Shown in pieces: positions 29,844 through 39,035 of a stretch of DNA of 53,500 nt. A program made the position numbers and the translations under genes. A model generated the notes under the pieces. That model made no database searches, was not told the origin of the DNA, and saw nothing but the letters and a program-made list of their open reading frames with translations. Position 1 is the first letter of the stretch. Every line of letters starts with the position of its first letter. This DNA comes from Thermoproteota archaeon (GTDB lineage Archaea; Asgardarchaeota; Jordiarchaeia; Jordiarchaeales; Freyrarchaeaceae). Location: positions 1 through 53,500 of the forward strand of contig JAPDJY010000033.1 of NCBI GenBank assembly GCA_029258835.1, written 5' to 3'.

Positions 29844-30548
29844 TCATATTTTGGAGAGTAGGCTCGAGTACTTTTCCATCCTCATTTTTCTCCCTTCGGG
29901 CTGTATGAGCCAGGTCATCCAGCACAGTTCTATGGGCTTGTAGCCGCACGTCTCCGCCAGCCACTCCGCCCTCCTAACGAACTCTATGTCGTCGCTGACC
30001 GGCTCTAACCCTGCTTCCACGAGTATCCCGTTTATGACGCGTTTAACTATTTTGTCTGGCATGACCGTGTCGACCCCACCCATCATCCTCAGGTACTGGT
30101 AGGTGACCAGGCCAACCCCCTTCATTCTGCCTACCGGGTTCTCCCTCCAGTTTTCAAGGCTGGAGCTCCTGGCCCAGCTCCTCAGGGCTTCCCTGTCGTC
30201 GCCGCTGAGCTTTGAAAGGTAGGCTGCCACGCTCTTCGCTGCGAGCCAGGACCTCTTGTTCCGCCACGTCTCCCTGAGCTCCTCCACGCTTGCCCCTGCA
30301 AGATCTCTTAGGCACGTTATTCTCCCTGTTTCAACAAACCTCTTATTGAACTCCTCAACCTTCGGGACGACCGCCGTGAAGTAGTTTAGCCCTATCGAGG
30401 TGAAGGCCGCGTCGACGACCATGAGGACGACGCTTCCACCCCACCTCTCGGTCCTGAGGCACCTCTCGCAGTGCTCCCTTAAACCCGGAACCTTCCTCAT
30501 GTACCCGTCAACTATCTTCTTTAACACATCCTTTGTGGACTTGTTCAT
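29844..30548 (-). CDS. HhH-GPD-like DNA glycosylase-fold protein
   Basis: HhH-like MKGVGLVTYQYLRM followed by TVMPDKIVKRVI. ATG at 30548 is preceded by GGAGG. Confidence 0.6.
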   Translation of the reverse strand: MNKSTKDVLKKIVDGYMRKVPGLREHCERCLRTERWGGSVVLMVVDAAFTSIGLNYFTAVVPKVEEFNKRFVETGRITCLRDLAGASVEELRETWRNKRSWLAAKSVAAYLSKLSGDDREALRSWARSSSLENWRENPVGRMKGVGLVTYQYLRMMGGVDTVMPDKIVKRVINGILVEAGLEPVSDDIEFVRRAEWLAETCGYKPIELCWMTWLIQPEGRKMRMEKYSSLLSKI

Positions 30549-30731
30549 CCCTCCCACCACCTGAACCCTTTTGAGAGGTGGCGTGTCTGCTCTCCCTCTT
30601 CCGGCTTTTGACCGTTGACCGTGTTCACCTGTTTGCACGCTTCACGCGGCCTCCTCAGGCTTCCCCCAGAACCCCTTGAAACCCTAGTTTTAGGGAGGGT
30701 TTTGAGGGCGTATTAGCTATTTATGATGCCC

Positions 30732-32000
30732 TTACCCCTTCAATTTTAATCCCTTCTGGCACATTTTTGCAACGGTTTTTATTTTCTCTTCACTGTACTT
30801 AAGTAGTAGCATGCCGTTCTCTTTTTTGACTTTAACGGTGTTTCTTTCAAATCCTGAGTGAGCTAGAAAGTTTCTTTCATCGATTTCTCCTATTTTTCTC
30901 CCTATTACGCTATTGTACGTTTGCCAGTCTCCGACCTCTTTCCCCTCTAGATCCGTTTTTAAGGAGTGAATGTCATTCTCGATCCTCTTCTTTAAGCGTT
31001 CATCGAATTTGAAAAGGTTTTCTGTTAAGCTTTCGATCTCGTTGAGTGATACTTCCTTTTTCTGTGAAGAAACTAATCCTTTATCGCTTAGTAACGATGC
31101 AATCATGTAGGCGAAAACGTAGACTTTAAGGTCGTTTCCCATTCTTACTCGTCTCGTTACTCTCAGTTTACCCTGGCTTTCAACCTTCACATACTTTTCA
31201 TACAAGTTCAAAGTTGTAAGTATGGTCTCCCTTAACCTGCTTTTTTCAGGGTAGAACCTGAAGAGGGCGAGGGGTAAACCGTTGTATAACGCTCCGATGA
31301 AGGCTGAAAGCTCTAAATCGTCTATTTCCCTAACCTTCTTTAACTCATCCTCGAAAAGCCTCCTTCTCTCGTCGGGGCTTAGGTTTAATGGCTCTAACGG
31401 CCTTTTCTGGGTGATCTTTTCAGTGAAGGGTGTTGGGGTGGGGGCTGACTCCTCTATTACGTTGATGGAGAGCTTATCCGTTGCCGACGGCAGTGATGGA
31501 TCCGCGTTATACGCTGTAAACCGGGCTTCCTTGAAGATAGAAATGGCTTCCGCCATTTCTCTAATAGCCTTATAGGTGAGGATCGCCGTGTAGTTTATGC
31601 CATGGGTTAAATCAAGATGTATGCTCAGCGTGTCACCTACGTGTTCGAGAAGGATGAATGCGACCCTTGCAATAACGTAATAGTAGTAGTCGAGTGCTCC
31701 TCCGTGGAAGGCTCCCCTCGGAAAGACTCCTACTCCCGGAGCTATTAGCACCTCGTAGCCTTCCAGCCCGAACCTGTCAGCGTATTCCCTTATCTTCTCC
31801 TCAGCGTCCACCTTCACATCATGATAGTTTCCCCCTTTCTCTGCGAGCGTATCTAAACCGATTATTACCGTTCTATCCGGGTCTATAGCGTCCTGAAGAA
31901 CCCTTAACGAGGTATACGCCTCTGCACTCTTTCCACCAAACACGTAAACCACCCTCCTCCACCCACCCGGATCCCCCCACGGGGCTATTAAGAGCTTCAT
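30732..32000 (-). CDS. csx1: CRISPR-associated CARF-HEPN ribonuclease Csx1
   Basis: APWGDP, DLTHGINY (DxTHG), YNADP and HEPN RNFLAHSG. Confidence 0.95.
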   Translation of the reverse strand: MKLLIAPWGDPGGWRRVVYVFGGKSAEAYTSLRVLQDAIDPDRTVIIGLDTLAEKGGNYHDVKVDAEEKIREYADRFGLEGYEVLIAPGVGVFPRGAFHGGALDYYYYVIARVAFILLEHVGDTLSIHLDLTHGINYTAILTYKAIREMAEAISIFKEARFTAYNADPSLPSATDKLSINVIEESAPTPTPFTEKITQKRPLEPLNLSPDERRRLFEDELKKVREIDDLELSAFIGALYNGLPLALFRFYPEKSRLRETILTTLNLYEKYVKVESQGKLRVTRRVRMGNDLKVYVFAYMIASLLSDKGLVSSQKKEVSLNEIESLTENLFKFDERLKKRIENDIHSLKTDLEGKEVGDWQTYNSVIGRKIGEIDERNFLAHSGFERNTVKVKKENGMLLLKYSEEKIKTVAKMCQKGLKLKG

Positions 32001-32005
32001 GTCCC

Positions 32006-33025
32006 TTACACCTCGAAGTACCCGTAGCCGGCAGACGTCCTCGCGCCGATGCCGCAGCTTTCCAGCGCCTCCCTGAGCAGGCGTTTCGCCTCTCCAACTA
32101 GGTCCCTGTCCCTTGACGCTAAGGCGAACCTGAACTTCACTCCTTCCACGGCTAGGAAGAACACTGGGCTCGGCTTCACCCAGTCTCCCGGAGGCGTTCT
32201 GCCGCTCCTATCTTGGTAGTACTCCTTGTAGTGCACGTTCACGACGTCGAGGACTATGAAGCACTCGTTTTCCCCGCTTAAAACGGGTAGAGCATCGAAA
32301 AATATTACCTTCCCCTTTTGGCTCCGCGCCCCGAACACGTCAATTAACGTCTTAAACTTAACCCCGTCCACCTCGACGCCCAAGTCTTCACCCTTCTCAA
32401 GTGCCGCGTCCACCCTCCTAGCGGCATCCCCGTAGGGGGTTCCCTCCAGCTTCTGGATGGCTCTGGCAAACTTTCGAATGGACAGGTGCCTCGTAGCACC
32501 CTTCACAGCGCTCCCCGGAATGTAGGGAACCGAGTAATTCCTGTGGAGGAGTAGGGATGCCTCGTAGATGCTTGCGGCACCCAGGTTTACAGCGAGCCTC
32601 CAGCTGAGAGGGAGCCCTGACCGCTCATCAGGCAGATACTCCACGTGGAACCCCATTTCCCCCAGCGTGCTGAGCATCCGGGTCATCCTACTCATGTATG
32701 ACTCGTAAACGCTAAGTGGAACCGCGTCGACTGGTACACATAGCCTCCCGTCCTCCGCCAGCCTCCTCCTGAACTCCCCGTTGGGTATGCTGAAATCCCC
32801 TAACAGTCCTTTCACCTCTTGGGGGTCACGGCAAACCTTCCTGAGAAGGGAAACCTGGACGTCTAACCCGTGCTCCCACCTGCCCTCCTCGTCATCGTAA
32901 CACCACAACACGTACTTGTCAAGGAATAGCCCAAGGTTTAGCTCTCTGCCTTTCACGGCGCCGGCCACGACGTCGACAACCTCCCCAGCCGGCCTCTTAG
33001 AGGAGATGAAGCCCCTCATCATCAC
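32006..33025 (-). CDS. cmr6: Type III-B RAMP Cmr6
   Basis: PYIPGSAVKG, GKVIFFDALP, DVVNVHY, P.P..FLAV and GIGARTSAGYG. Confidence 0.95.
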   Translation of the reverse strand: MMMRGFISSKRPAGEVVDVVAGAVKGRELNLGLFLDKYVLWCYDDEEGRWEHGLDVQVSLLRKVCRDPQEVKGLLGDFSIPNGEFRRRLAEDGRLCVPVDAVPLSVYESYMSRMTRMLSTLGEMGFHVEYLPDERSGLPLSWRLAVNLGAASIYEASLLLHRNYSVPYIPGSAVKGATRHLSIRKFARAIQKLEGTPYGDAARRVDAALEKGEDLGVEVDGVKFKTLIDVFGARSQKGKVIFFDALPVLSGENECFIVLDVVNVHYKEYYQDRSGRTPPGDWVKPSPVFFLAVEGVKFRFALASRDRDLVGEAKRLLREALESCGIGARTSAGYGYFEV

Positions 33026-33096
33026 CCATCACCCATCACCCATCACCCATCACCCATCACCCATCACCCATCACCCATCACCCATCACCCATCACC
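33020..33096. repeat. Perfect 7-bp tandem repeat x11 (CATCACC; GGTGATG on the coding strand)
   Basis: Eleven exact units counted, spanning the cmr5 stop and the cmr6 start. Confidence 0.97.
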
Positions 33097-33510
33097 CAGC
33101 TCCGCTTCTGCAAACCTCTTCATCCAGCCGAGTAAAGCTATAATTTCCCTCGCAGCATGGAAGACCATCGTTGATGGCGTGTCCTCTCCGGTCATCCACT
33201 CAAGGATATCCCTCCCCTCTTTAAACCTCTTCCTGAACCAGCCGTTAAGGTGCTCGTAGACCAGCTTATAGGCTTTCCCCTCGGTGCTCATCCCTCCTTC
33301 CCCCCTCTTCAAGTCAGGCTCAAACTTAGACCTGTAAAAAGCCATGGTGTTCCCTAAACCGTTTACCTGAATGTAAGATGCCGCCCTCCTAACACACGAC
33401 TTGTACCTTCCCTCCAAGTCAGCATCTCCCTTTACTTCTCGAATGCACTTCCACGCGTATCTAGCTCTTTCCTGCTCAAGGAGCCGCAGCACTCCCCACC
33501 CCTCCTTCAA
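33085..33510 (-). CDS. cmr5: Type III-B small subunit Cmr5
   Basis: LEQERARYAW, IQVNGLGNTMAF and WMKRFAEA. Confidence 0.93.
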   Translation of the reverse strand: MKEGWGVLRLLEQERARYAWKCIREVKGDADLEGRYKSCVRRAASYIQVNGLGNTMAFYRSKFEPDLKRGEGGMSTEGKAYKLVYEHLNGWFRKRFKEGRDILEWMTGEDTPSTMVFHAAREIIALLGWMKRFAEAELGDG

Positions 33511-34432
33511 CCATCTTCACCCTCACAAACCCCCTCCCAACGGTCTCGCCTCCTCCTACCTGCAGTATCCTCCCCCCGTACCTCTTGAGCAACTCCACGA
33601 CGTCCCCGGCCCCCCGCGCGCCAAGCCTGCTCGGAACTAAAATCACAGAGTACATTATGGTGTCTGCCGGCAGATACTCCTCGGACCACAGTCCACCCGC
33701 CTCCACAGTTCCGGTTTCAGGGCTTACCTTAACCCTCGTAACAACCTCCGTCGTGAATAACACCAGGTCTCTGAAAACATCGTCGGAAACCACGATCAGG
33801 TCTCTTCTGAGCTTCTCCCTAACCTCCCGGTAGACTTCACCCTCCGGCACCGCCCCCACCACCTCCTCTGCGACGGCGTCTACGACGCTATCCCTCTCGC
33901 ACTTTAACTGTAAATCCTCTACATAAACGTACTCTTCTGCCTGCGATCGCGTGCAGACCATGGCTTCCTCGCAGCCGGCAGGCTTCGGAACAATCCAGTT
34001 AGCCTTGACGCCGGCTAACTCCAAGTCCCTTCTATACCTGTCCAGAACCAGTGGGCAGGTAATCCAGCTGAACACGCCTTTTAACGTTCTAACGGGGAAC
34101 GCGAGAACCCTGGCGTCGGTCACCGTGACCCCGCCGGCTCCATTACGTGCACCGAATATTTGACTGCAAAGTTCGCATGCCTCCCTCACCTCGCCGGCCT
34201 CCCTTACCGGGCACCGCCCACACTCATCGCTCAGCGCGATGCCGCCATCCTTGCTGGCCCCTTTGGGCGCACTCCTCAACACGCCTTTAAGCGAGGATCC
34301 CCGTATGATCGGGAACCCGGTGTGCCTCTCCCTCTGTATCGGCAGGTCGGCAACCTCGCTGACGGCCAAGCCGCCTCCCGGATGCAGCGGGGTTTCCGCG
34401 TACATGTACATGACTAAGGCTTTCTCAAACAT
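33476..34432 (-). CDS. cmr4: Type III-B RAMP Cmr4
   Basis: AETPLHPGGG, DLPIQRERHTGFP (catalytic Asp retained), DARVLAFPVR, LWSEEYLP and QVGGGETVGRG. Confidence 0.96.
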   Translation of the reverse strand: MFEKALVMYMYAETPLHPGGGLAVSEVADLPIQRERHTGFPIIRGSSLKGVLRSAPKGASKDGGIALSDECGRCPVREAGEVREACELCSQIFGARNGAGGVTVTDARVLAFPVRTLKGVFSWITCPLVLDRYRRDLELAGVKANWIVPKPAGCEEAMVCTRSQAEEYVYVEDLQLKCERDSVVDAVAEEVVGAVPEGEVYREVREKLRRDLIVVSDDVFRDLVLFTTEVVTRVKVSPETGTVEAGGLWSEEYLPADTIMYSVILVPSRLGARGAGDVVELLKRYGGRILQVGGGETVGRGFVRVKMVEGGVGSAAAP

Positions 34433-34453
34433 GTTACCACCTTGCGAAGCCAA

Positions 34454-34986
34454 ACCTTAAATCGGGCGTTTTCATCGGAACCTCCACCGGTAAGCCAAGC
34501 CGCCTCCACCCTCTCCGTTAAGTAGACGGCTCCAGCATCCACCACTTCCACAATGGCTTCTCCTACGATAGGACGCAGCCGCCCATCTTAACTTGTCAAC
34601 TAGCCATGAAAGAGCATCACGCAGCATTCCAGCACCCCTCCCGGCAACCTCATCCCGTAACCCCTCTTCTTCAAAAGCATTTTAACATTTTAACCATCGC
34701 ATATTCGCGTACATTCTCCCTGCACCACTCCTTTGCACCCTCCATCTAATTTTTCGGCGAGATCGTAAATGAACCTACCGGAGAGCTTCCCCTTTCTCCC
34801 TCCGTCCAGGCGCCTCTATCACCTACGAACCCCTCTTAAACCCGCAACTTGCCCACTGGATGTAGCACCGTGAACGCTTCGCTAAGGCTGCGCGAAACCC
34901 CCCTTCTTTTCCTTTTTTCTCCCTCCATCGCACCTTCAACCTTACCTGGAGGGGTGTGGAGGGGCGCTTACTCCGCTAGAAGCCAT
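34454..34986 (-). pseudogene. Collapsed remnants of cmr2/cas10 and cmr3
   Basis: ATG coupled to the upstream stop, then fragments F*RSK..APLHTPPGK (cf. Cmr2 LHDPP), LHPVG and KLSGRFIYDL, followed by Cmr3-like LRP..VVDAGAVY..SDENAR. About 0.5 kb in total. Confidence 0.65.
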
Positions 34987-35384
34987 CACCCCTCCTCCTC
35001 GATCCTCCTCTTAATCTTCTCATACACGTCTTGCAGACAGTCGACGTACTCGTTTTTAATTTTCCTGAAGATTTCACGGGCTTTCTCCATTTCGTACGTG
35101 TGTACAAGAGTGTTCCTGTCCTCTATCATCTCCATCCAGAGACGCTCATCTTCTATGATCTCAACCCGGCGTGCTTCTCTGAACGTGTCACGCGGCGACC
35201 TACAGATTATGCCGACATCAGCCAGGTACTCCTTTATAAGCTTCCATACGAGCTCGTAGCATAGCTCAAACCGCTTAATAGCGCCGTCAACTTCAATGTC
35301 TGTCCGTGCAACCTCAACCCCCTCCCTGAGGTTTCGTAAAGCCTTCTCGTAGTTAGTGAAGTACCGTTTAACCCTCTCTCTCAT
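34986..35384 (-). CDS. HI0074-family HEPN (nucleotidyltransferase substrate-binding) toxin
   Basis: DGAIKRFELCYELVWK, SPRDTFREA and DRNTLVHTY (Rx4HxY). Confidence 0.92.
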   Translation of the reverse strand: MRERVKRYFTNYEKALRNLREGVEVARTDIEVDGAIKRFELCYELVWKLIKEYLADVGIICRSPRDTFREARRVEIIEDERLWMEMIEDRNTLVHTYEMEKAREIFRKIKNEYVDCLQDVYEKIKRRIEEEG

Positions 35385-36735
35385 ATATGACCACCCCTTC
35401 CCTCTCCATCAACTCCTCTACGTCCTTAGAAGTCCTCCTCAACCAAACGATGTCCACGGGGATATCCTCCCTCATGACCGGCTTCTCGGAGTCAACCGCC
35501 AGGTCGATGTCTGCACCCCTATGAGCATCCCCCCTAGCCCTGGAACCGAAAAGAACGATCCTCCTCGGGTTCACCTCCCTCCTAACCCTCTCAACTATCT
35601 CATCCAGCACGAGAGGCGTAAGCAGAACCCTCTCGCACCCTGCTCTCCTCACCTCGCCCCAAAAGCCGTCTATAGCCGTATAATCCGGCTTCTGCGTAAC
35701 CCTCCCGTCGGTAACCACCCAGCCCTCCGGCAGAAACTCCCCTGAAAGCCTTATTAACCCCCAGTAGTAGCTCCCCCCAGACCTGAACACCTTAAATATT
35801 AACGGGGATGAGCGCCTATCCACCCTCCTACCCCCCTCATCCCTCCCGAAAACCGTAACTTTCCCGTGGGAGACCGGGAGGCCGAAAACGGCCATGTCCA
35901 AGTAGTTTCCTCTGTGCTCGAATCTATACCTCTCATACCTCTTCCCTATATCGTTCAAGGCGTCCTTCCAGGAACTCCACGCCTTCCCTGACACGATGAT
36001 CCGCGAAAGACACAGGTTCGAGTACCTGGTTGAGAAACCCCTCGGCTTCTCGCCGTCGTTCACGATCCTCACGGCTTTCTCCACGTTTTCCACAACCCAG
36101 TCAACCACCCTCCTAGACCCGTCCTTGTTAAGGGTGAAGTCCAAGCCGGTTAGGGAGGACGCATAATCCGGCGCTCCCCCCCGGGGTGAAATGGTTAAGC
36201 CTCCAGCCCCCCTTCTAGCCCTAGCGCCGAAGTTCCCCAAGTATACTGCACACCAAAAGCACGCTAACACCTTCCTCAACACGTCCTTGTCATCACAGCT
36301 TAAGTCCACTGTAAACCTTGAACCCGGCTCTATGAACGGCCTCCCAGCGTCAACCACCCCCCCGGCCGTAACCATTAAAAGATACGCAACACCCGAATCC
36401 TCCCCCGTAACCCTACGATTCACCTCGTCAAACCCCACGTTTAAACCCATCCTCTCGCTAACCTTAAGCCTCCCCTTAACGCCGCTTCTCACAGTAACCC
36501 TGCTTTTAACGAGCGAAGAGCCAAAAACCTTCTCCTCCTCACGCAGCAACTCCCGTAAGTTATCGGTCGCCTTCAAAGCCCTAAACCACCACCTCAGCAC
36601 ACCCCTCAAACTCGGCGCCCGTAAACCCTCACCCTCCACGCTCCTCTGATCCGCACCGGCAATAAACAGGGGAGTTACACTCTCCAGCTCAAAGGCCACC
36701 CTCACGTCTTCCAACCCCCAACACGGCTCCAACAC
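35368..36735 (-). CDS. cmr1: Cmr1 RAMP fused to C-terminal MNT domain
   Basis: VTPLFIAGA, LRAPSLRGVLRWWFRA, GNFGARARRGAG, FGLP and RRSSPL, then in frame IVLFGSRARGDAHRGADIDLAV...EGVVIYE. Confidence 0.92.
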   Translation of the reverse strand: MLEPCWGLEDVRVAFELESVTPLFIAGADQRSVEGEGLRAPSLRGVLRWWFRALKATDNLRELLREEEKVFGSSLVKSRVTVRSGVKGRLKVSERMGLNVGFDEVNRRVTGEDSGVAYLLMVTAGGVVDAGRPFIEPGSRFTVDLSCDDKDVLRKVLACFWCAVYLGNFGARARRGAGGLTISPRGGAPDYASSLTGLDFTLNKDGSRRVVDWVVENVEKAVRIVNDGEKPRGFSTRYSNLCLSRIIVSGKAWSSWKDALNDIGKRYERYRFEHRGNYLDMAVFGLPVSHGKVTVFGRDEGGRRVDRRSSPLIFKVFRSGGSYYWGLIRLSGEFLPEGWVVTDGRVTQKPDYTAIDGFWGEVRRAGCERVLLTPLVLDEIVERVRREVNPRRIVLFGSRARGDAHRGADIDLAVDSEKPVMREDIPVDIVWLRRTSKDVEELMEREGVVIYEREG

Positions 36736-37110
36736 ACCTCAAGAAGAACTTCAATACGCCAACATCAGCCCTCCACCTTAAAACCGGTAGAACACGACGC
36801 CAACGCGAACACAAACTTCAGTCTTCCACCCTCCACGGCCAACCTAAGCCAAACCCAAGCCGCCCCATTGAACTCCTTAAGCAGCTTACAGCAACGCCAC
36901 TATTTAAATCGAACTCCACCTAATCCCCCGGTCTCCTTCCTCGCCTCCCGGTCATCCTCAAACCCAAGCAACTTCAACCACGTTTAAACGTAAGCACCCT
37001 CAACACGAAGCTACCCGTGCAAGAAAGGTTAAACCTTCACACTATAAAACTTTCCCCCCTCTCAGGCCAGTCAAAAACCTACCTACAGTTTCTACGAGAC
37101 ATCACACGGG

Positions 37111-38421
37111 CTAGTAGCGGGACGGCGCCCCCTCACAGCCCACATCCCCGGTTCTCATGTACCTTTCAATCATTTCCGCGATCTTTTCCTGTCTCTCCCA
37201 CGCCCCGTAAACCTTGCCCTTGCAGATGAGGCTGTTAATCGCCTTTCTGAGCTTCCCGCTCACCCGTCCAGCTGGCGCCTTCGCGAACGGCGTCTGGGGT
37301 AGCGGCATGAACGTGTGCGCGTGTATCCTCGCACCCATCTCCGCCAGCTCCTTCATGACCTTTATGGTTTGCTCGGCGTCCTCCTCGGTCTCCCCGGGGA
37401 GGCCGAAGATGAAGTCCACGTTCGCCTTTAACCCCGCCTTCAAGGTCAGCTTCACAGCGTTGTAAACGTCCTCGACGCTGTGCCCTCTATGACACGCGTC
37501 TAGAACCCGCTGGCTTCCCGACTGCGCCCCTATCACCAGGTTGTCGTTGCTCGCATACTTTAAAACCAGCTCCACCGTCTCCTCTGTTACGTGTTCTGGC
37601 CTAACCTCTGAGGGGAAGGAGCCTATGAACAGCCTCCCCTTCGGCCCGACGGCCTCCCTTACGCCTTCAAGCAGCTCCTCCAGCCTCGCAACATTTAATC
37701 TTTTCCCGTCTGGCGACCCGTAGGAGAACGCGTTGGGCGAGGTGAACCTGACGTCTGTGAGCCCCCTCCTCCTCATGACCTCCACGTACCTGCAGACCTG
37801 CTCCACGCTTCTATGCCTCACACGGCTGCCGAACATGCGCGGCGTCTGGCAGAAGTAGCAGGCGAAGGGGCACCCTCTGGTTATCTCGATTGGGCCGAAC
37901 ATGCCGTGCCTGGCGGCGAACGGGGGATACCTGTCCAGGTTGACAGGCGGCCTCCAGCCGGTAAACCGGTATTCCCCGTCGAAGTACGCAACCCCCTTAA
38001 CGTCAGCGTAGCCTTCATCGCAGTCGAACCTTTTAAGCAGCTCGGCCAGGGTTTCCTCCCCTTCCCCCCTCACAACCACGTCAAACCCCATTCTAAGGGT
38101 TCCCTCCGGATCCCCTGTCGGGTGTGGTCCTCCCGCAACGTACAGCGCCCTGTCAGCGTATTTACGCCTTAACTTCTTAATCAGCTTGCACACGTCCCAC
38201 AGCTGAGTTGTGAAGAAGGAGAACCCAACAATAACCTTCTCATGCCTTTCGATCACTCCCCCCAGCTTTGAGGCAAGCTCCCCTCCGTGCTCCACGAGGT
38301 AAACGTTCAGGTTGTTGAAGTACTCGTCCCCTTCTAGGGCGCCGACCAGAACGTTAAACCCGTACCTGTTCGGCTTATCGTAGTACAGGACGAGGGCGGT
38401 GTCGTGGATCACGGCTGACAC
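37111..38421 (-). CDS. B12-binding-domain radical SAM protein (TIGR04013-like)
   Basis: AGGPHPTG, GEGE, EITRGCPFACYFCQT (CxxxCxxC) and FPSEVRPE. Confidence 0.92.
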   Translation of the reverse strand: MSAVIHDTALVLYYDKPNRYGFNVLVGALEGDEYFNNLNVYLVEHGGELASKLGGVIERHEKVIVGFSFFTTQLWDVCKLIKKLRRKYADRALYVAGGPHPTGDPEGTLRMGFDVVVRGEGEETLAELLKRFDCDEGYADVKGVAYFDGEYRFTGWRPPVNLDRYPPFAARHGMFGPIEITRGCPFACYFCQTPRMFGSRVRHRSVEQVCRYVEVMRRRGLTDVRFTSPNAFSYGSPDGKRLNVARLEELLEGVREAVGPKGRLFIGSFPSEVRPEHVTEETVELVLKYASNDNLVIGAQSGSQRVLDACHRGHSVEDVYNAVKLTLKAGLKANVDFIFGLPGETEEDAEQTIKVMKELAEMGARIHAHTFMPLPQTPFAKAPAGRVSGKLRKAINSLICKGKVYGAWERQEKIAEMIERYMRTGDVGCEGAPSRY

Positions 38422-38627
38422 CCAGCCTTAACCGGGTAGCACTCCGCTAAAAATCTTCTCTTCAAATCTTCAAGGAAGTCAGCGAAGCCTTAAATACCTT
38501 GTAGGGTGGTAGTACCCTAACGGTGCCAATGGCTAGCTGGGCGAGCGCCTTCAGCATCGAAGGCCTCATTAGGCCTGTAGACCTCTCAGGAGGTGACGGT
38601 GCCCGTGGTGAACTTAACTATCTGCTT

Positions 38628-39035
38628 TTAAGCAGTTTTCAGCCCGGTCCTGAACTTCACTACTTCCACGTCCAACCCTTCGAAGTGCTTGTCGTCCGTC
38701 ACGACCTTAGCACCAACGGAGTAGGCGCTCGCCGCTATCAAGGCATCGGCAATTGGAATCGCTTTCACCTTGTACTCTCCCGCCTTTAATGCCACCTTCT
38801 CGTCTATTGGAACCACCTTCAAGTTTGACAATCTTATTTGCTCCACCCTCTTCCTAGCGACTTCTCCTCCAACTCTTCTCGAGTAAAGGTAGTAAATCTC
38901 TGTCAGCGTGATGGAGCTTATGAATCCTTCTGCCTTGTCCTCGTCAACTTCTCTCAAAAGTTTCTCCACGAACTCTGCTCCCTCCTCATTGTTGAAGAAT
39001 GCAATCAGCGCTTTAGTGTCGAAGAGGTACCTCAT
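38628..39035 (-). CDS. vapC: VapC PIN-domain toxin
   Basis: YLFDTKAL, ITLTEIYY, IADALIAA and VTDD. Confidence 0.92.
   Translation of the reverse strand: MRYLFDTKALIAFFNNEEGAEFVEKLLREVDEDKAEGFISSITLTEIYYLYSRRVGGEVARKRVEQIRLSNLKVVPIDEKVALKAGEYKVKAIPIADALIAASAYSVGAKVVTDDKHFEGLDVEVVKFRTGLKTA

Noticed and set aside
33020-33096. Tandem repeat as a CRISPR array, or ORF 32916-33143 (HHPSPIT repeats) as a protein
   Set aside because: 7-bp units with no spacers. The ORF is only the antisense reading of the repeat.
36740-36900. Possible cas6 or csx3 remnant upstream of cmr1
   Set aside because: No convincing motif in any frame.
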